Below are positions 46,957 to 60,657 of a DNA stretch of 64,000 nt, piece by piece (within the stretch, counting starts at the first letter, position 1; each line of letters begins with the position of its first letter). The notes under the pieces were generated by a model. It had not been told where the DNA came from and made no database searches. It saw only the letters and a program-made list of their open reading frames with translations. The stretch lies in assembly GCF_006345805.1 (NCBI RefSeq), contig NC_043001.1:123008001-123072000 (forward strand), given 5' to 3'. A program made the translations under genes and the position numbers. The DNA is from Octopus sinensis (lineage: Eukaryota).

Positions 46957-47736
46957 GTATGCATGTATGTATCTGTGTGTGTATGTTTGTGTGTCTGTGG
47001 TTGCCCCACCCCCCAACATCGCTTGACAACCATTGCTGATGTGTTACGCCCCCGTAACCTAGCGGTTCTGCAAAAGAGAGCGATAGAATAAGTTCAGGCT
47101 TACAAAAAATAAGTCCTGGGGGTAGATTTTCAAAAATTTTTAAGGAAAATTCTCAAAACATTTTTCAAAAACTTTTCTTCAAAAATTTTTGGCTAAAATT
47201 CTCAAAAATTTGGAGGAAATTTTCAAAAGTATTGGGGGTAAATTGTGGAGAAAATTTTCAAAAATTTTCGAAAGATTTAAGAAAATTTTTGGGAAAAAGT
47301 TTAAAAAATTTTGCGAAAAATTTCAAAAACTTTGGGGGAAAATTTTCAAACAACTTTGAAAATTTTACCCAAAAAAATTTTCAAAAATTTTCCCCAAAGC
47401 TTTTTGAAACTTTTTCCAAAAAATTATTCTGTTCTAGGGCCCCACTTTATTTTTCATTCTTCTTGATAGATAAAATAAATACCAGCTTAATGCTAGAGTA
47501 CGTCTACATCGTCCTTCAAATTGTATATCCCAGAGAAATTGCATGAATTTGCGTAAGAAATTGCTATTAATAGGCGTAGGAGTGGCTGGGTGGTAAGTAG
47601 CTTGCATACGAACCACATGGTTCCAGGTTCATTCCCACTGCGTGGCACCTTGCGCAAGTGTCTTTTACTATAGCCTCGAGTCGACCAAAGCTTTGTGAGT
47701 GGATTTGGTAGACGGAGACCGAAAGAAGCCCGTCGT

Positions 47737-47778
<42 letters not shown>

Positions 47779-50700
47779 GTATGCATGTATGTATCTGTGT
47801 GTGTATGTTTGTGTGTCTGTGGTTGCCCCACCCCCCAACATCGCTTGACAACCATTGCTGATGTGTTTACGCCCCCGTAACCTAGCGGTTCTGCAAAAGA
47901 GAGCGATAGAATAAGTTCAGGCTTACAAAAAATAAGTCCTGGGGGTAGATTTTCAAAAATTTTTAAGGAAAATTCTCAAAACATTTTTCAAAAACTTTTC
48001 TTCAAAAATTTTTGGCTAAAATTCTCAAAAATTTGGAGGAAAATTTTCAAAAGTATTGGGGGTAAATTGTGGAGAAAATTTTCAAAAATTTTCGAAAGAT
48101 TTTAAGAAAATTTTTGGGAAAAAGTTTTAAAAAATTTTGCGAAAAATTTTCAAAAACTTTGGGGGAAAATTTTCAAACAACTTTGAAAATTTTACCCAAA
48201 AAAATTTTCAAAATTTTCCCCAAAGCTTTTTGAAACTTTTTCCAAAAAATTATTGAAAATTTTCCCCAAAGATTTTTTAACAATTTTTTAAAAATTTCTC
48301 TCCAAAATTTTTGAAACTTTTGCCCCAAAATTCTTTGAAAATTTTACCCCAAATTTTTTTTTAGAATATTTGAAAATTTTCCCCCAAAGTTTTTGAAAAT
48401 TTTTGCTCAAAATTTTTGAAACTTTTTCACCCAAAATTTTTGAAAAGTTTACCCAAAAATTTTTTTAAAAAATATTTGAAAATTTTTCCCCAAAGTTTTT
48501 GAAAATTTTTCCCCAAAATTTTTGAAAATTTTTCACCAAAAATTTCTGAAAATTTTACCTAAAAATTTTTGAAAAATGTTTTGAAACTTTTCTCCCAAAG
48601 TTTTTGAAAATAATTTTTCCCAAAAATTTTTAGAAATTTTTGAAACTTTTACCCCAAATTTTGAAACTTTTTCCCCAAAATGTTTGAAATTTTTCCCCAA
48701 AAATTTTACACAAAAATATTTTATTCAAAAATTTTTGAAAATTTTCCCCCAAATTTTGAAACTTTTTGCCAAAGATTTTTGAAAATTTTCCCCAAAAATT
48801 TTCTTCAAAAATTTTTGAAAATTTTCCCCCATAGTTTTTTAAAATTTATCCCCCAAATTTTTGAAACTTCTTCCCCAAAATTTTTGAAAATTTTACCTAA
48901 AAATTTTATTAAAATTTTTTGGGTATTTTCCCCCAAAGTTTTTGAAAATTTTTCCCCAAAATTTTTGAAACTTTTTCCCCAAAAATTTTACACGAAAATA
49001 TTTGAAAAATTTTTTGGAAATTTTCCCCCAAAGTTTCAAAAATTTTTGAAAAACATTTTGAGAATTTTACCCAAAAATTTTTGAAAATTTTACCCAAAAC
49101 TTTTCTTCAAAAATTTTTAGAAAATTTTCCCCCAAAGTTTTTTAAAATTTATCCCCCAAATTTTTGAAACTTCTTCCCCAAAATTTTTGAAAATTTTACC
49201 TAAAAATTTTATTAAAATTTTTTGGGTATTTTCCCCCAAAGTTTTTGAAAATTTTTCCCCAAAATTTTTGAAACTTTTTCCCCAAAAATTTTACACGAAA
49301 ATATTTGAAAAATTTTTTGGAAATTTTCCCCCAAAGTTTCAAAAATTTTTGAAAAACATTTTGAGAATTTTACCCAAAAATTTTTGAAAATTTTACCCAA
49401 AACTTTTCTTCAAAAATTTTAGAAAATTTTCCCCCAAATTTTGAAACTTTTTGCCAAAGATTTTTGAAAATTTTCCCCCAAAATTTTCTTCAAAAACTTT
49501 TTTAAAATTTTCCCCGAGCTAAAAATAGATGTAAGTTATGGCTAAAAATAGATATTTAGGTGGCTGCTGCTTTTTGTGTATATATAGAGTGAATTCTGGT
49601 TTACTACTACAGTCAAGATGCCTCACCATCAACGATACACCAGATTCTGCTTTACACTTAAAAACTATGACGATGTCAACGTTTATAGAGCTCGGCATTC
49701 GGAGCATATTCGTTATATGGTGTTTCGAAAATTTTGATCGAATATTTTGCACAAAAATTTTTCGAAAATTTTCACCAATAATCTTTCGAAAATTTTAAGA
49801 GGCCTCACCATCCACGATACACCAGATTCTGCTTTACACTTAACAACTATGACGATGTCGACGTTTATGTATATGGAGCATATTCGTTATATGGTTATAC
49901 GAAAATTTTCACCGAAAATTTTATCCAAAAATTTTTCGAAAATTTTCACCGAGAAATTTATCGAAAATTTTCACCAAAAATTTATCCAAAATTCTGGTTT
50001 ACTGCTATAGTCAAGAGGCCTCACCATCCACGATACACCAGATTCCGCTTAACACTTAACAACTATGACGATGTCGACGTTTATGCATATGGAGCCGAAA
50101 ATTTTCACGGAAATTTTCACTAAAAATTTTCCGAAAATTTTACACAAAAATTTTTCGAAAATTTTCACTGAAAATTTTACCCAAAAATTTTTCGAAAATT
50201 TTCACCGAAAATCTTTAGAAAATTTTAGCAAAAATTTTTCGAAAACATTCACCTAAAATTTTCACCAAAAATTTTACGTAAAAATTTTGAAAATTTTCCT
50301 CAAAAATATTTGAAAATTTTCCCCCAAAGTTTTGAAAATTTGTCCCCAAAATTCTTGAAACTTTTTCCCCAAAAATTTTTGAAAAATTTTTTGAAAGTTT
50401 TCCCCAAAAATTTTTGAAAATTTTCCCCAAAATTTTTGAAAATTTTCCCCAAAAATTTTTGAAAAAGTTTTTGAAAATTTTCCCCAAAACTTTTCCCCCA
50501 AATTTTGAAACATTTTGCCAAAGATTCTTGAAAATTTTCCCCCAAACTTTTCTTCAAAAATTTTTGAAAATTTTCCCCCATAGTTTTTTAAAATTTATCC
50601 CCCAAATTTTTGAAACTTCTTCCCCAAAATTTTTGAAAATTTTACCTAAAAATTTTATTAAAATTTTTTGGGTATTTTCCCCCAAAGTTTTTGAAAATTT

Positions 50701-53230
50701 TTCCCCAAAATTTTTGAAACTTTTTCCCCAAAAATTTTACACGAAAATATTTGAAAAATTTTTGAAAATTTTCCCCCAAAGTTTCAAAAATTTTTGAAAA
50801 ACATTTTGAGAATTTTACCCAAAAATTTTTGAAAATTTTACCCAAAACTTTTCTTCAAAAATTTTTAGAAAATTTTCCCCCAATTTTGAAACTTTTTGCC
50901 AAAGATTTTTGAAAATTTTCCCCAAAAATTTTCTTCAAAAACTTTTTTAAAATTTTCCCCGAGCTAAAAATAGATGTAAGTTATGGCTAAAAATAGATAT
51001 TTAGGTGGCTGCTGCTTTTTGTGTATATATAGAGTGAATTCTGGTTTACTACTACAGTCAAGATGCCTCACCATCAACGATACACCAGATTCTGCTTTAC
51101 ACTTAAAAACTATGACGATGTCAACGTTTATAGAGCTCGGCATTCGGAGCATATTCGTTATATGGTGTTTCGAAAATTTTGATCGAATATTTTGCACAAA
51201 AATTTTTCGAAAATTTTCACCAATAATCTTTCGAAAATTTTAAGAGGCCTCACCATCCACGATACACCAGATTCTGCTTTACACTTAACAACTATGACGA
51301 TGTCGACGTTTATGTATATGGAGCATATTCGTTATATGGTTATACGAAAATTTTCACCGAAAATTTTATCCAAAAATTTTTCGAAAATTTTCACCGAGAA
51401 ATTTATCGAAAATTTTCACCAAAATTTATCCAAAATTCTGGTTTACTGCTATAGTCAAGAGGCCTCACCATCCACGATACACCAGATTCCGCTTAACACT
51501 TAACAACTATGACGATGTCGACGTTTATGCATATGGAGCCGAAAATTTTCACGGAAATTTTCACTAAAAATTTTCCGAAAATTTTACACAAAAATTTTTC
51601 GAAAATTTTCACTGAAAATTTTACCCAAAAATTTTTCGAAAATTTTCACCGAAAATCTTTAGAAAATTTTAGCAAAAATTTTTCGAAAACATTCACCTAA
51701 AATTTTCACCAAAAATTTTACGTAAAAATTTTTGAAAATTTTCCTCAAAAATATTTGAAAATTTTCCCCCAAAGTTTTTGAAAATTTGTCCCCAAAATTC
51801 TTGAAACTTTTTCCCCAAAATTTTTGAAAAATTTTTTGAAAGTTTTCCCCAAAAATTTTTGAAAATTTTCCCCAAAATTTTTGAAAATTTTCCCCAAAAT
51901 TTTTGAAAAATTTTTGAAAATTTTCCCCAAAACTTTTCCCCCAATTTTGAAACATTTTGCCAAAGATTCTTGAAAATTTTCCCCCAAACTTTTCTTCAAA
52001 AATTTTTGAAAATTTTCCCCCCAAATTTTTGAAACTTTTCCGCCAAAAATTTTTGAAAATTTTGCCCAAAAATTAAAAAAATTTTTGGAGAATTTTCCCT
52101 CAAAGTTTTTGAAAATTTTTCCCCAAAGTTTTTGAAAATTTTATTCAGAAATTTTTGAAACTTTTTCCCCCAAAATTTTTGAAATTTTTACCCAAAAGTT
52201 AAAAAAAAAAATTTTCCCCCAAAGTTTTTGAAAATTTTTCCCCAAAATTTTTGAAACTTTTTTCCCCAAAAATTTTTGAAAATTTTACCCAAAAATTTTT
52301 GAAAAATTCTTTGAAACCTTTCCCCCAAAGATTTTGAAAATAATTTTTCCAAAAAATTTTATTCAGAAATTTTTGAAAAATTTTACCCCAAAATTTTTGA
52401 AACTTTTTCCCCAAAATTTTTGAAACTTTTTCCCCAAAAATTTTACACAAAAATATTTGAAAAATTTTTTTGGAACTTTCCCCCAAAGTCTCAAAAATTT
52501 TTGAAAAACCTTTTGAGAATTTTACCCAAAGATATTTGAAAATTTTCCCCAAAAATCTTCGAAAATTTTCGGAAAAATTTTCACCGCTGGTCTTCCATAC
52601 TTTGTGATTTTGGCACCACTGGCCTTCCATACTTTATGATTTTGGCACCGCTGGACTTCCATACTTTAATATTTTGGCAACACTGGCCTTCCATACTTTG
52701 CGACTTTACCACCGCTGGCATTGTGATTTTTCGAAAATTTTCCCCAAAAATTTTCCCCCAAAATTTTTGAAACTTTTTCCCCAAAAATTTTTGAATATTT
52801 TACCCAAAAATTTTTTTTTAATTTTTTGAGAATCTTCCCCCAAAGTTTTTGAAAATTGTTCCCCAAACTTTTTGAAACTTTTTCCCCAAAAATTTTCTTC
52901 AAAAATTTTCGAAAATTTTTCCCCAAAATTTTTAAAACTTTCTCCCTAAAAATTTTTGAAAATTTTACCCAAAAATTAAAAAAAAATTTTTTGAGAATTT
53001 TCCCCCAAAGTTTTTGAAAATTTATCCCCAAAATTTTTGAAACTTTTCCCCAAAAAGTTTTGAAAATTTTACCCAAAAATTTTTGAAAAATATTTTGAGA
53101 ATTTTCCCCCAAAGATTTTGGGAAAAATTTTCTTGAGAAATTTTTGAAAATTTTTCTCCAAAACTTTCTTGAAAAATTTCTGACATTTTTCCCCAAAAAG
53201 GTTCTTCAAAAATTTTTGATTATTTTTTCC
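45995..53230. repeat. Phased A/T-tract array with higher-order duplications and embedded SINEs and minisatellites
   Basis: Dominated by variants of CCCCAAAATTTTTGAAAATTTT. Duplication periods of ~830, ~303 and ~1445 bp agree with duplicated ORF-track entries (46604/47434, 48909/49212, 49519/50964). Confidence 0.9.
52582..52718 (+). repeat. 32-bp minisatellite, ~4 copies
   Basis: CACCGCTGGNCTTCCATACTTTGTGATTTTGG and variants. Confidence 0.9.
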
Positions 53231-53487
53231 AAAAAACTGATTTAACATAAATTTGAGACACCAGCAAAAGAAGAAATAAAGATAGACTTTTTGTTCTATT
53301 CCAAAGAAAAACGATTTCCCACGGCTTTATCGATAGCATTTTCACCTGGTATCGATTTTTATAATTTTTTCAAGACTTATACACGCCCTGATACCGCCGG
53401 TATCTACATATCAAATTTGAGCGCTTTCGTATGGAGGATGCCCGAGATCCTAGAAGCTACACACACACAGAACGGATTTTATTTAAG

Positions 53488-53519
<32 letters not shown>

Positions 53520-53642
53520 TATATAATAAAGGAAGCACATGGCCTAGTGAATAGAGCAGCGGACTCGTGGGTTCGAATCCCAGACGGGGGCATGTGTGTT
53601 TACGAGCGAAAGCACCTAACCTTGTTTGGATTGACTAAATAT

Positions 53643-53685
<43 letters not shown>

Positions 53686-53722
53686 GTGTGCGTGTGTATA
53701 TAGACACACACACACACACACA

Positions 53723-53793
<71 letters not shown>

Positions 53794-56330
53794 ATATATA
53801 TAAATATATATATAAATTAATAAATAAAATATATGCATACATACATACATATATGTACGTACCTACATCTACATGTATATATACATGCATATATAAATAT
53901 ATATATGTGAGTACAGGACACCACAAATAGACGTAGAACTCAATGAGAAACGAATACGTAAAAACAAACATGGAAACGGACTTTTTTTAACAACGAAAAA
54001 ACAGAGTACAAGACAAACAATACAAGGAAAATTCCCCTTCATCAACTGTCCCTAGTTCGACTCCATGCGTGTTTCGAAGGTAAGGACAGAACACGACTCG
54101 TCGAACTAGCCCTTCCTGCGAAAGAATTAAATAAAATTCCTTTGCAGAGGGGTAAAGACAAGGAAAGAAAAAATGTGACAAAAATAGGACGTAAAAACAA
54201 TACAAATAAAAAACAAATACAAAATAAAAATACAAATACAAAAAAATACAGTACAAGTAAAGAATAAAAATAGGACAAGGAAACAAACATTGAGGGCCTT
54301 TTATTAGCCTAGACGTGTGAGAGATGAGGAGGAGTGAGAGAGAGAGATAGAGAGGAAAGGAAACCAGAAAGGGTGAAAAATAAGAAGGAGAGAGACAGGC
54401 ACAGAGGAAGACAGACAGGAAGGAAGGGAAGGTCAAGCAAAAGGTTACAGTGTTTCGCGTCATAATTATATATAAAAACTTACTTGGAGAACAGAAAAGA
54501 AACGAAACGACGCGAGGGCGCTCAGTCATATATATTGTGGCACTCCGTCGGTTACGACGACGAGGGTTCCAGTTGATCAGATCAACGGAACAGCCTGCTC
54601 GTCAAATTAACGGGCAAGTGGCTGAGCACTCCACAGACACGTGTACTCTTAACGTAGTTCTCGGGGAGATTAAGCGTGACACAGAGTGTGACAAGGTTGG
54701 CCCTTTGAAATACAGGTACAAGAAAGAATGAGAAAAAGTTGCGAGGAAAGAGTACAGCAGCGTTCACCACCACCCCCTGCCTGATGAGCCTCGTGGAGCT
54801 CTAGGTGTTTTCGCTCAATAAACACTCACAACGCCCGGTTTGGGAATCGAAACCGTGATCCTACAACCGCGAGCCCGCTGCCCTAACCACTGGGCGTCTC
54901 CACACACACACACACACACACACGTGCACACACACACATACACACACACACACACACACGCACACACATACACACATATCTATACAGAAAAAAAACACGA
55001 AAGAAAAAATTACGAAAGAAAGATAAACTCAAAGTAAGGTTATTAAAATGTCGATAATCTCCCCTTTGGAAATTGCGTCACCGATTACATCATCTTTCAA
55101 GAACTCTACAGGTAGAACACTAAGCCATCAACACTACCAGTAGCATTAACAACTTTTAAAAAATATACTATCATCTCTGTCATCATCATCATCATCATCG
55201 TCATCATCATTAGTGTCATCATCGTCATTATCACGTCGATGGCAGCGATGACTACCGCCACTATTACTACTAAGTCCACCATTTCAATTACAATCAACAA
55301 TCTTCATCATTTGCATTCATTACCATCACCATGGCTACTACTACTACTACTACTAGTACTACTGCTGCTACTGCCGCTGCTGCTGCTGTCTCTGCTGCTG
55401 CTGCTTCCACAGCTGCTACCCACCTCCCTGCTATCACCATCATTACAATCAGCACCGTCTTCCTTCCACTTACTTTCGTGGGGCCAATTAAGGAGCTTGT
55501 TCGCAGGTCGCTCGACTTGCTAGATACCTATTTCTTTATAACCCACAAGGGGCTAAACATAGAGGGGACAAACGAGACAGACATAGGTATTAAGTCGATT
55601 ACATCGACCCCAGTGCGTAACTGGTGCTTAATTTATCGACCCCGAAAGGATGACAGGCAAAGTCGACCTCGGCGGAATTTGAACTCACAACGTAACGGCA
55701 GACGAAATACTGCAAAGCATTTCGCCCGGTGTGCTAACGCTTCTGCCAGCTCGCCTACCTTCTAGATACCGCATCTAAATCTCCCTCAAATCTCGCACTA
55801 CCGTCTTAAAACGGGAAGGAAGCAGACACAATAGTTGCAGATATAGAAATAGGGTGATGGTCAACGGTCAAATGGCTCCGTTTATGGGGCTGATCTGGAG
55901 ATGACAGTAACAACAGCAGCAGCAACTGCAACACCAACATCAACAACGACTACTGCTGTTGCTGCTGCTACTACTACTACTACTACTACTACTACTAATC
56001 GATGATTAGAGCTTAGAAATAGCAGCCTATTCTCCACCTAACAAAAACCTGTGTTAAAAATGGGACGAATACTTTATATAAGTATATACACAATGCACGG
56101 AAGGAAGAGATTATATACACAATGCATGAAAGAAAGAAAGAAAAAAGAAAAAAAAACAATAGAAAGCAAATGCATAGAATAAAAAAAACAGCAAAGCGAA
56201 TCGATGACTTTACTACTTCTACTACTACTACTACTATAGTAGAAGACACTTGCCCAAGGTGCTATGTAGTGGTACTGAACTTGGAACCATGTGGTTGGGA
56301 AGCTAACTTCTTGTCATATAGCCACGCCTA

Positions 56331-56518
56331 CCACGTGTGTACCGTTGGCGATTTTTTTTCCTCCGTCTTCCCTTCTCTGGATCTTTCCTTCTCCTATGTT
56401 TCCGACGAAGAGCTCCGCTCGAAACGTTAAACCCTCCTTCTTTCCTGACCGTCCAATAATACTATATTTGTTCCACGTCCTCGCGTTGTTGTGTTTTTTT
56501 GTGCTTACTTGTTTGGAT

Positions 56519-56523
<5 letters not shown>
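56331..56523 (+). mobile_element. Penelope-like solo repeat, copy 3
   Basis: GTTT-CCGACGA-AGAGCTCCGCTC-GAAAC-GTT-AAAC at 56398-56432 (core U4 changed to C); ends in (TA)n. Confidence 0.65.
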
Positions 56524-56553
<30 letters not shown>

Positions 56554-56681
56554 GCCTCTGCTCGCTCAGTCCATGTGTTTATCTCGTTGTGGCAGCATCC
56601 CTGTTGTGTTTTTCTCAGTGTGTTTTGTTTTAGTTTTGTATGTCTTTTGTTATTATTTTACAATAATTAGTTGTGTGAGGC

Positions 56682-58215
56682 ATGAGTCTTAAGAAGAAAA
56701 AGCTGATTACGATAGAATTAAAGAAGGAAATCAGTGATAAAAACATGAGAGAGGAGTGCGTATAGTGGACATAGCACGTCAATACGACCGAAGCACGTCG
56801 ACAATCTGCACCATCCTAAAGAGAAAGGATGAGATCAAGGCCGTTACAACAGCAAAAAGTGTCTCCAGGCTCTCGAAGCAACGCACATCTGTCCAAGAAA
56901 GATTGAAAAATTGCTTTTCCTGTGGATTAGCGAGAAGCAGCTCGCAGCAGATACGATTATGGAGACAATCATCTGGGATATAACTCGAGTGCTGTATGGG
57001 GATCTCCTGAAGCAGAACATCGACGGAGGAGACATCAGCTGACGCATTTAAGGCCAGTTACGGTTGGTTTGACTATTTCAAGAAGAGGACTGGTGTTCAC
57101 AGCATCTTCAGGTATGATGGAGCGTCGAGTTCTGTCTGACACGAAGGCAGCCGAGGAATACATCGCACAACAGGTATCCAACTGTGATGAAACTGGCATT
57201 TTTTGAAAAACAATTGTCCAGGAGAACCTATATAACTGCAGAGGAGAGGAAAATGCCAGGCCACAAGCCTATGAAAGATAGGCCAACTCTCGCCCTTTGT
57301 GCCAATGCGAGTGGAGACTTGAAGATTAAGCAGCTCCTTATCTACCATTCCCAAAACCCACGAGCGTTCAAAACGCACAAAACCCCGAAGGAGAAACTGC
57401 AGGTCATGTGGAGGCAAACATTAGAGTCTTAGTCACGAGTTATTTTCAGACCAGCAGTGAAAAAGAATCTTCTGGAGAACGGTCTTCCTTTCAAGGTCTT
57501 CCTTTCAAGGTCCCCCTCTTCCTCGATATTGCTCCTGTTCACCCACTAACTTCGAAAAGGATATCCTGGACGAATTGAAATTCATAAAAGTTCTGTACCT
57601 TTCACGCAACACCACCCCTGTCTTGCAGCCCATGGACCAACAGATGATGTCTAATTTTAAGAAATTGTACGCCAAACCCCTGTTTCGTTGGTGCTTTGAA
57701 GTCACCGAAAATACAAATCTAACCATTCGTGAGTTTTGGAAGGAACACTACAACATTAACTGCCTGAAAAATCGATATGGCCTTGCAGGGTGTAACGAGG
57801 AGAACCCTGAATTCTGTATGGAGATAACTGTGACCTGACCGCGTATCCGAAAGAGACTTCGATGAGTTTGAGTCTGTGACACCAGTAGTCGAGAAGGCGG
57901 TGTCTCTTGGCAAGTCCATGAGCACTGATGTTGACGGTGGGGACATTAACGATCTCGTCGAGGAAGACTCAGAGAAGCTGACAACAGATGAACTCCTGCA
58001 GCTTCAAGAGCAGCAGCATTCGGATGCGGTGGAAGAGATGGTTCCCCGGAGGAGGACAGTGTAGCGGAGAATGCTATCACTACGAGTGACATAAAGGCAA
58101 TGTTGGCAAAGTGGCAGTATGTTTGAATTTGTAGAAAAATATCATCATGAAAAAGTATCTACAGGTCGTGCAGTTGCTTTATTTAATTACACTGCCCTGG
58201 TACATTTTCGTAACA
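56682..58215 (+). mobile_element. Decayed Tigger/pogo transposase
   Basis: Frameshifted: ITIELKKEI...GVRIVDIARQYDRSTSTICTILK (CENP-B-like HTH), FKASYGWF, NCDETG, PGHKPMKDRPTLALCANASGD, NTTPVLQPMDQ. Confidence 0.92.
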
Positions 58216-60619
58216 TTTTGAAAGGCAAGCATGTTATGGAAGAAACACCGGGTGCGAACCTTCACTGTCTTATGAGTGTCTTTGCGAAAGTCAAAGGTTA
58301 GCGAAGTCCTTCTGGCGGCTCGGTACTCCCATTGAAACCCTTCAGGCAACTCCGGAATAGGTGGAGCTCACCAGCTTTGTAAAGTAATTCACTTTGAAGA
58401 AGGCCTCTCCAATTGAAACATACGTGTTATTGATCATCGCATCCATTTTTTGGCCCACTGAGCCACTGCGATTAGACCTCCAAGTATAAAGAGTGAGATT
58501 TGATTTTGAGGACTACTTCTCTTGTGAACTGGTCTAGAGGAGGACAAATACCCGTCAAATGTAAATAATGTAAATAATGTACATAATTCCTCATCTCTTA
58601 GATATAAAACTGTACAGGCCAGATATCGTCTTCAATTTTCGGACAAGTAAATGTCTCATTTGAAAGGACAATTTACATAAAAGAACTTGAAAAAATAGAA
58701 AGACTTAAATATAAAGACGTAGTAGAAATGTTTATTATTGTCAGAATGGAACGAGTTTTGTAGACTCATTTGAACGTTGGATAAAGCCTCTCAGTAATTT
58801 TTTTACATTTGACTTTAAATCCTACCGAAGGACACTATTTTCCCTCTTTCTGGTATTCGATAAATGATAGTATCAGTCTTGTATCGAGATCGATATAATC
58901 AATTAACCTCCAACCCTAAAAATCACTGACCTTGTGTGTATGTTAGAATTAATAATCTTTAGTGCTAGAAATCATTATTTGGTTCTAAGGAGTGGCTGTA
59001 TGGTAAGTAGCTTGCTAACCAACCACATGGTTCTGGGTTCAGTCCCACTGCGTGGCATCTTGAGATGAAACTAAATCTGACACGAGCAATGCCATCATAA
59101 CGGCTTCTAACTTAGGCCAAGATCAGCAGTTTTGAGAGTCAATTTTATTAATTCAATACTTGACAGATATTTCATTTTATCGACGCCGAAAAGATGAAAG
59201 GCAAAGTTGACCCAGGGACTTGAATTCAGATAGTAAATAGCTGTAATTACATGTTGCAAAGCATTTTGCATGACACTCTACCAATTCTGCGAATTCTCGG
59301 TAAATATTTGTAAATTTAAGGTTCAAATTTTTGAACACGGTCAATAGTATTAGGGTAATGGTGTAAGCCTATTACATTGAACCCCTGCTCAACTGGTATT
59401 TATTTTATTGACTTTGAAAGGACGAAAGTATTTGAACTCAGAACGTAAAAAAAACCCCCCAAAACAGTAGAAATACCGCTAATGATTCTACGAGCTCGTT
59501 ACCTTAACGTTTGTAAATTTCTACTAAGAAATGTGCAGGCGGGCTGTATGGTAAGAAGCCTGCTTCCCAACCACATGGTTCTGGGTTCAGTCCCACTGCG
59601 TGACACCTTGGACAAGCGTCTTCTGTTATAGTCTTGGGCCGACCAAAGCCTTGTGTGTGGATTTGGTAGATGGAAACTGAAAGACGCCCACCGTGTGTGT
59701 GTGTGTGTGTGTGTGCCTTTGTGTCTGTGTTTGTCCCCCACCATCACCCAACAACCGTTGTTGGTGCGTTTATATCCCCGTAACTAAGTGATTCGGCAAA
59801 GAGATCGATAGAATAAGTATCGACTTTCAAAAAATAAGTACTGGGGTCAATTAATTCAACTAGAAACAGTTCATCAAGGCGGTGCTCCAGCATAGCCGCT
59901 GTCTAATGGCTGAAAGAAGTAAAAGATAAATATACATGGCTGTGTGGTAAGAAGCTTGCTTCTCAACTACATGGTTCCGAGTTCAGTCCCACTGCTTGGC
60001 ACATTGAGCAAGTGTCTTCTACTAGAGCCTCGGGCCGACCAAAGCCTTGTGAGTAGATTTGGGATTTAGTTAAACTGATTTACAAAATATGCATTTTTTA
60101 AAAAGGAAGTAAAAAATCTGAAAATCGGCTAAAATAGTGTAGTTTTCCATTATTATATTGTCATGAAGGTATGATGCTGTGGAGACAAAAATTGGAGGAA
60201 AAAGTTACCTGTGTATTTTTAGCCAATAGCGAGACAAATTTCCTGCGTTTAGCGGAGCGGTGTCAACTTTAAGGTTGTACCCCTTGAAATTTATAGTTTA
60301 GCGTCTGTGAAATGACCTCTTCAGTGTTGGTTTCTAAATAAGCAGAAATACCTAATAAAATCATCATACTGTTTCTTTTGTCCCTTCTTTGATGGTATAC
60401 TCTTTTTTCTCTTTTACTTGTTTCAGTCATTTGACTGCGGCCATGCTGGAGCACCACCTTTAGTCGAGCAAATCGACTCCGGGACTTATTCTTTGTAAGC
60501 CCAGTACTTTTTCTATCGGTCTCTTTTTGCCGAACTGCTAAGTAACGGGGACATAAACACACCAGCATCGGTTGTCAAGCAATGCTAGGGGGACAAAAAC
60601 AGACACACAAACATACACG

Positions 60620-60657
<38 letters not shown>

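Noticed and set aside
47232-53196. Long K/N/F/I-rich ORFs (up to 176 aa)
   Set aside because: They are by-products of the A/T-tract array, which has few stop codons, and are open on both strands.
53987-54529. 180-aa hydrophobic minus-strand ORF
   Set aside because: It derives from purine-rich low-complexity repeat sequence and shows no domain motif or splice support.
54779-54812. CTGATGAG as a hammerhead core
   Set aside because: No GAAA follows a stem II. It is a variant within a minus-strand family B SINE.
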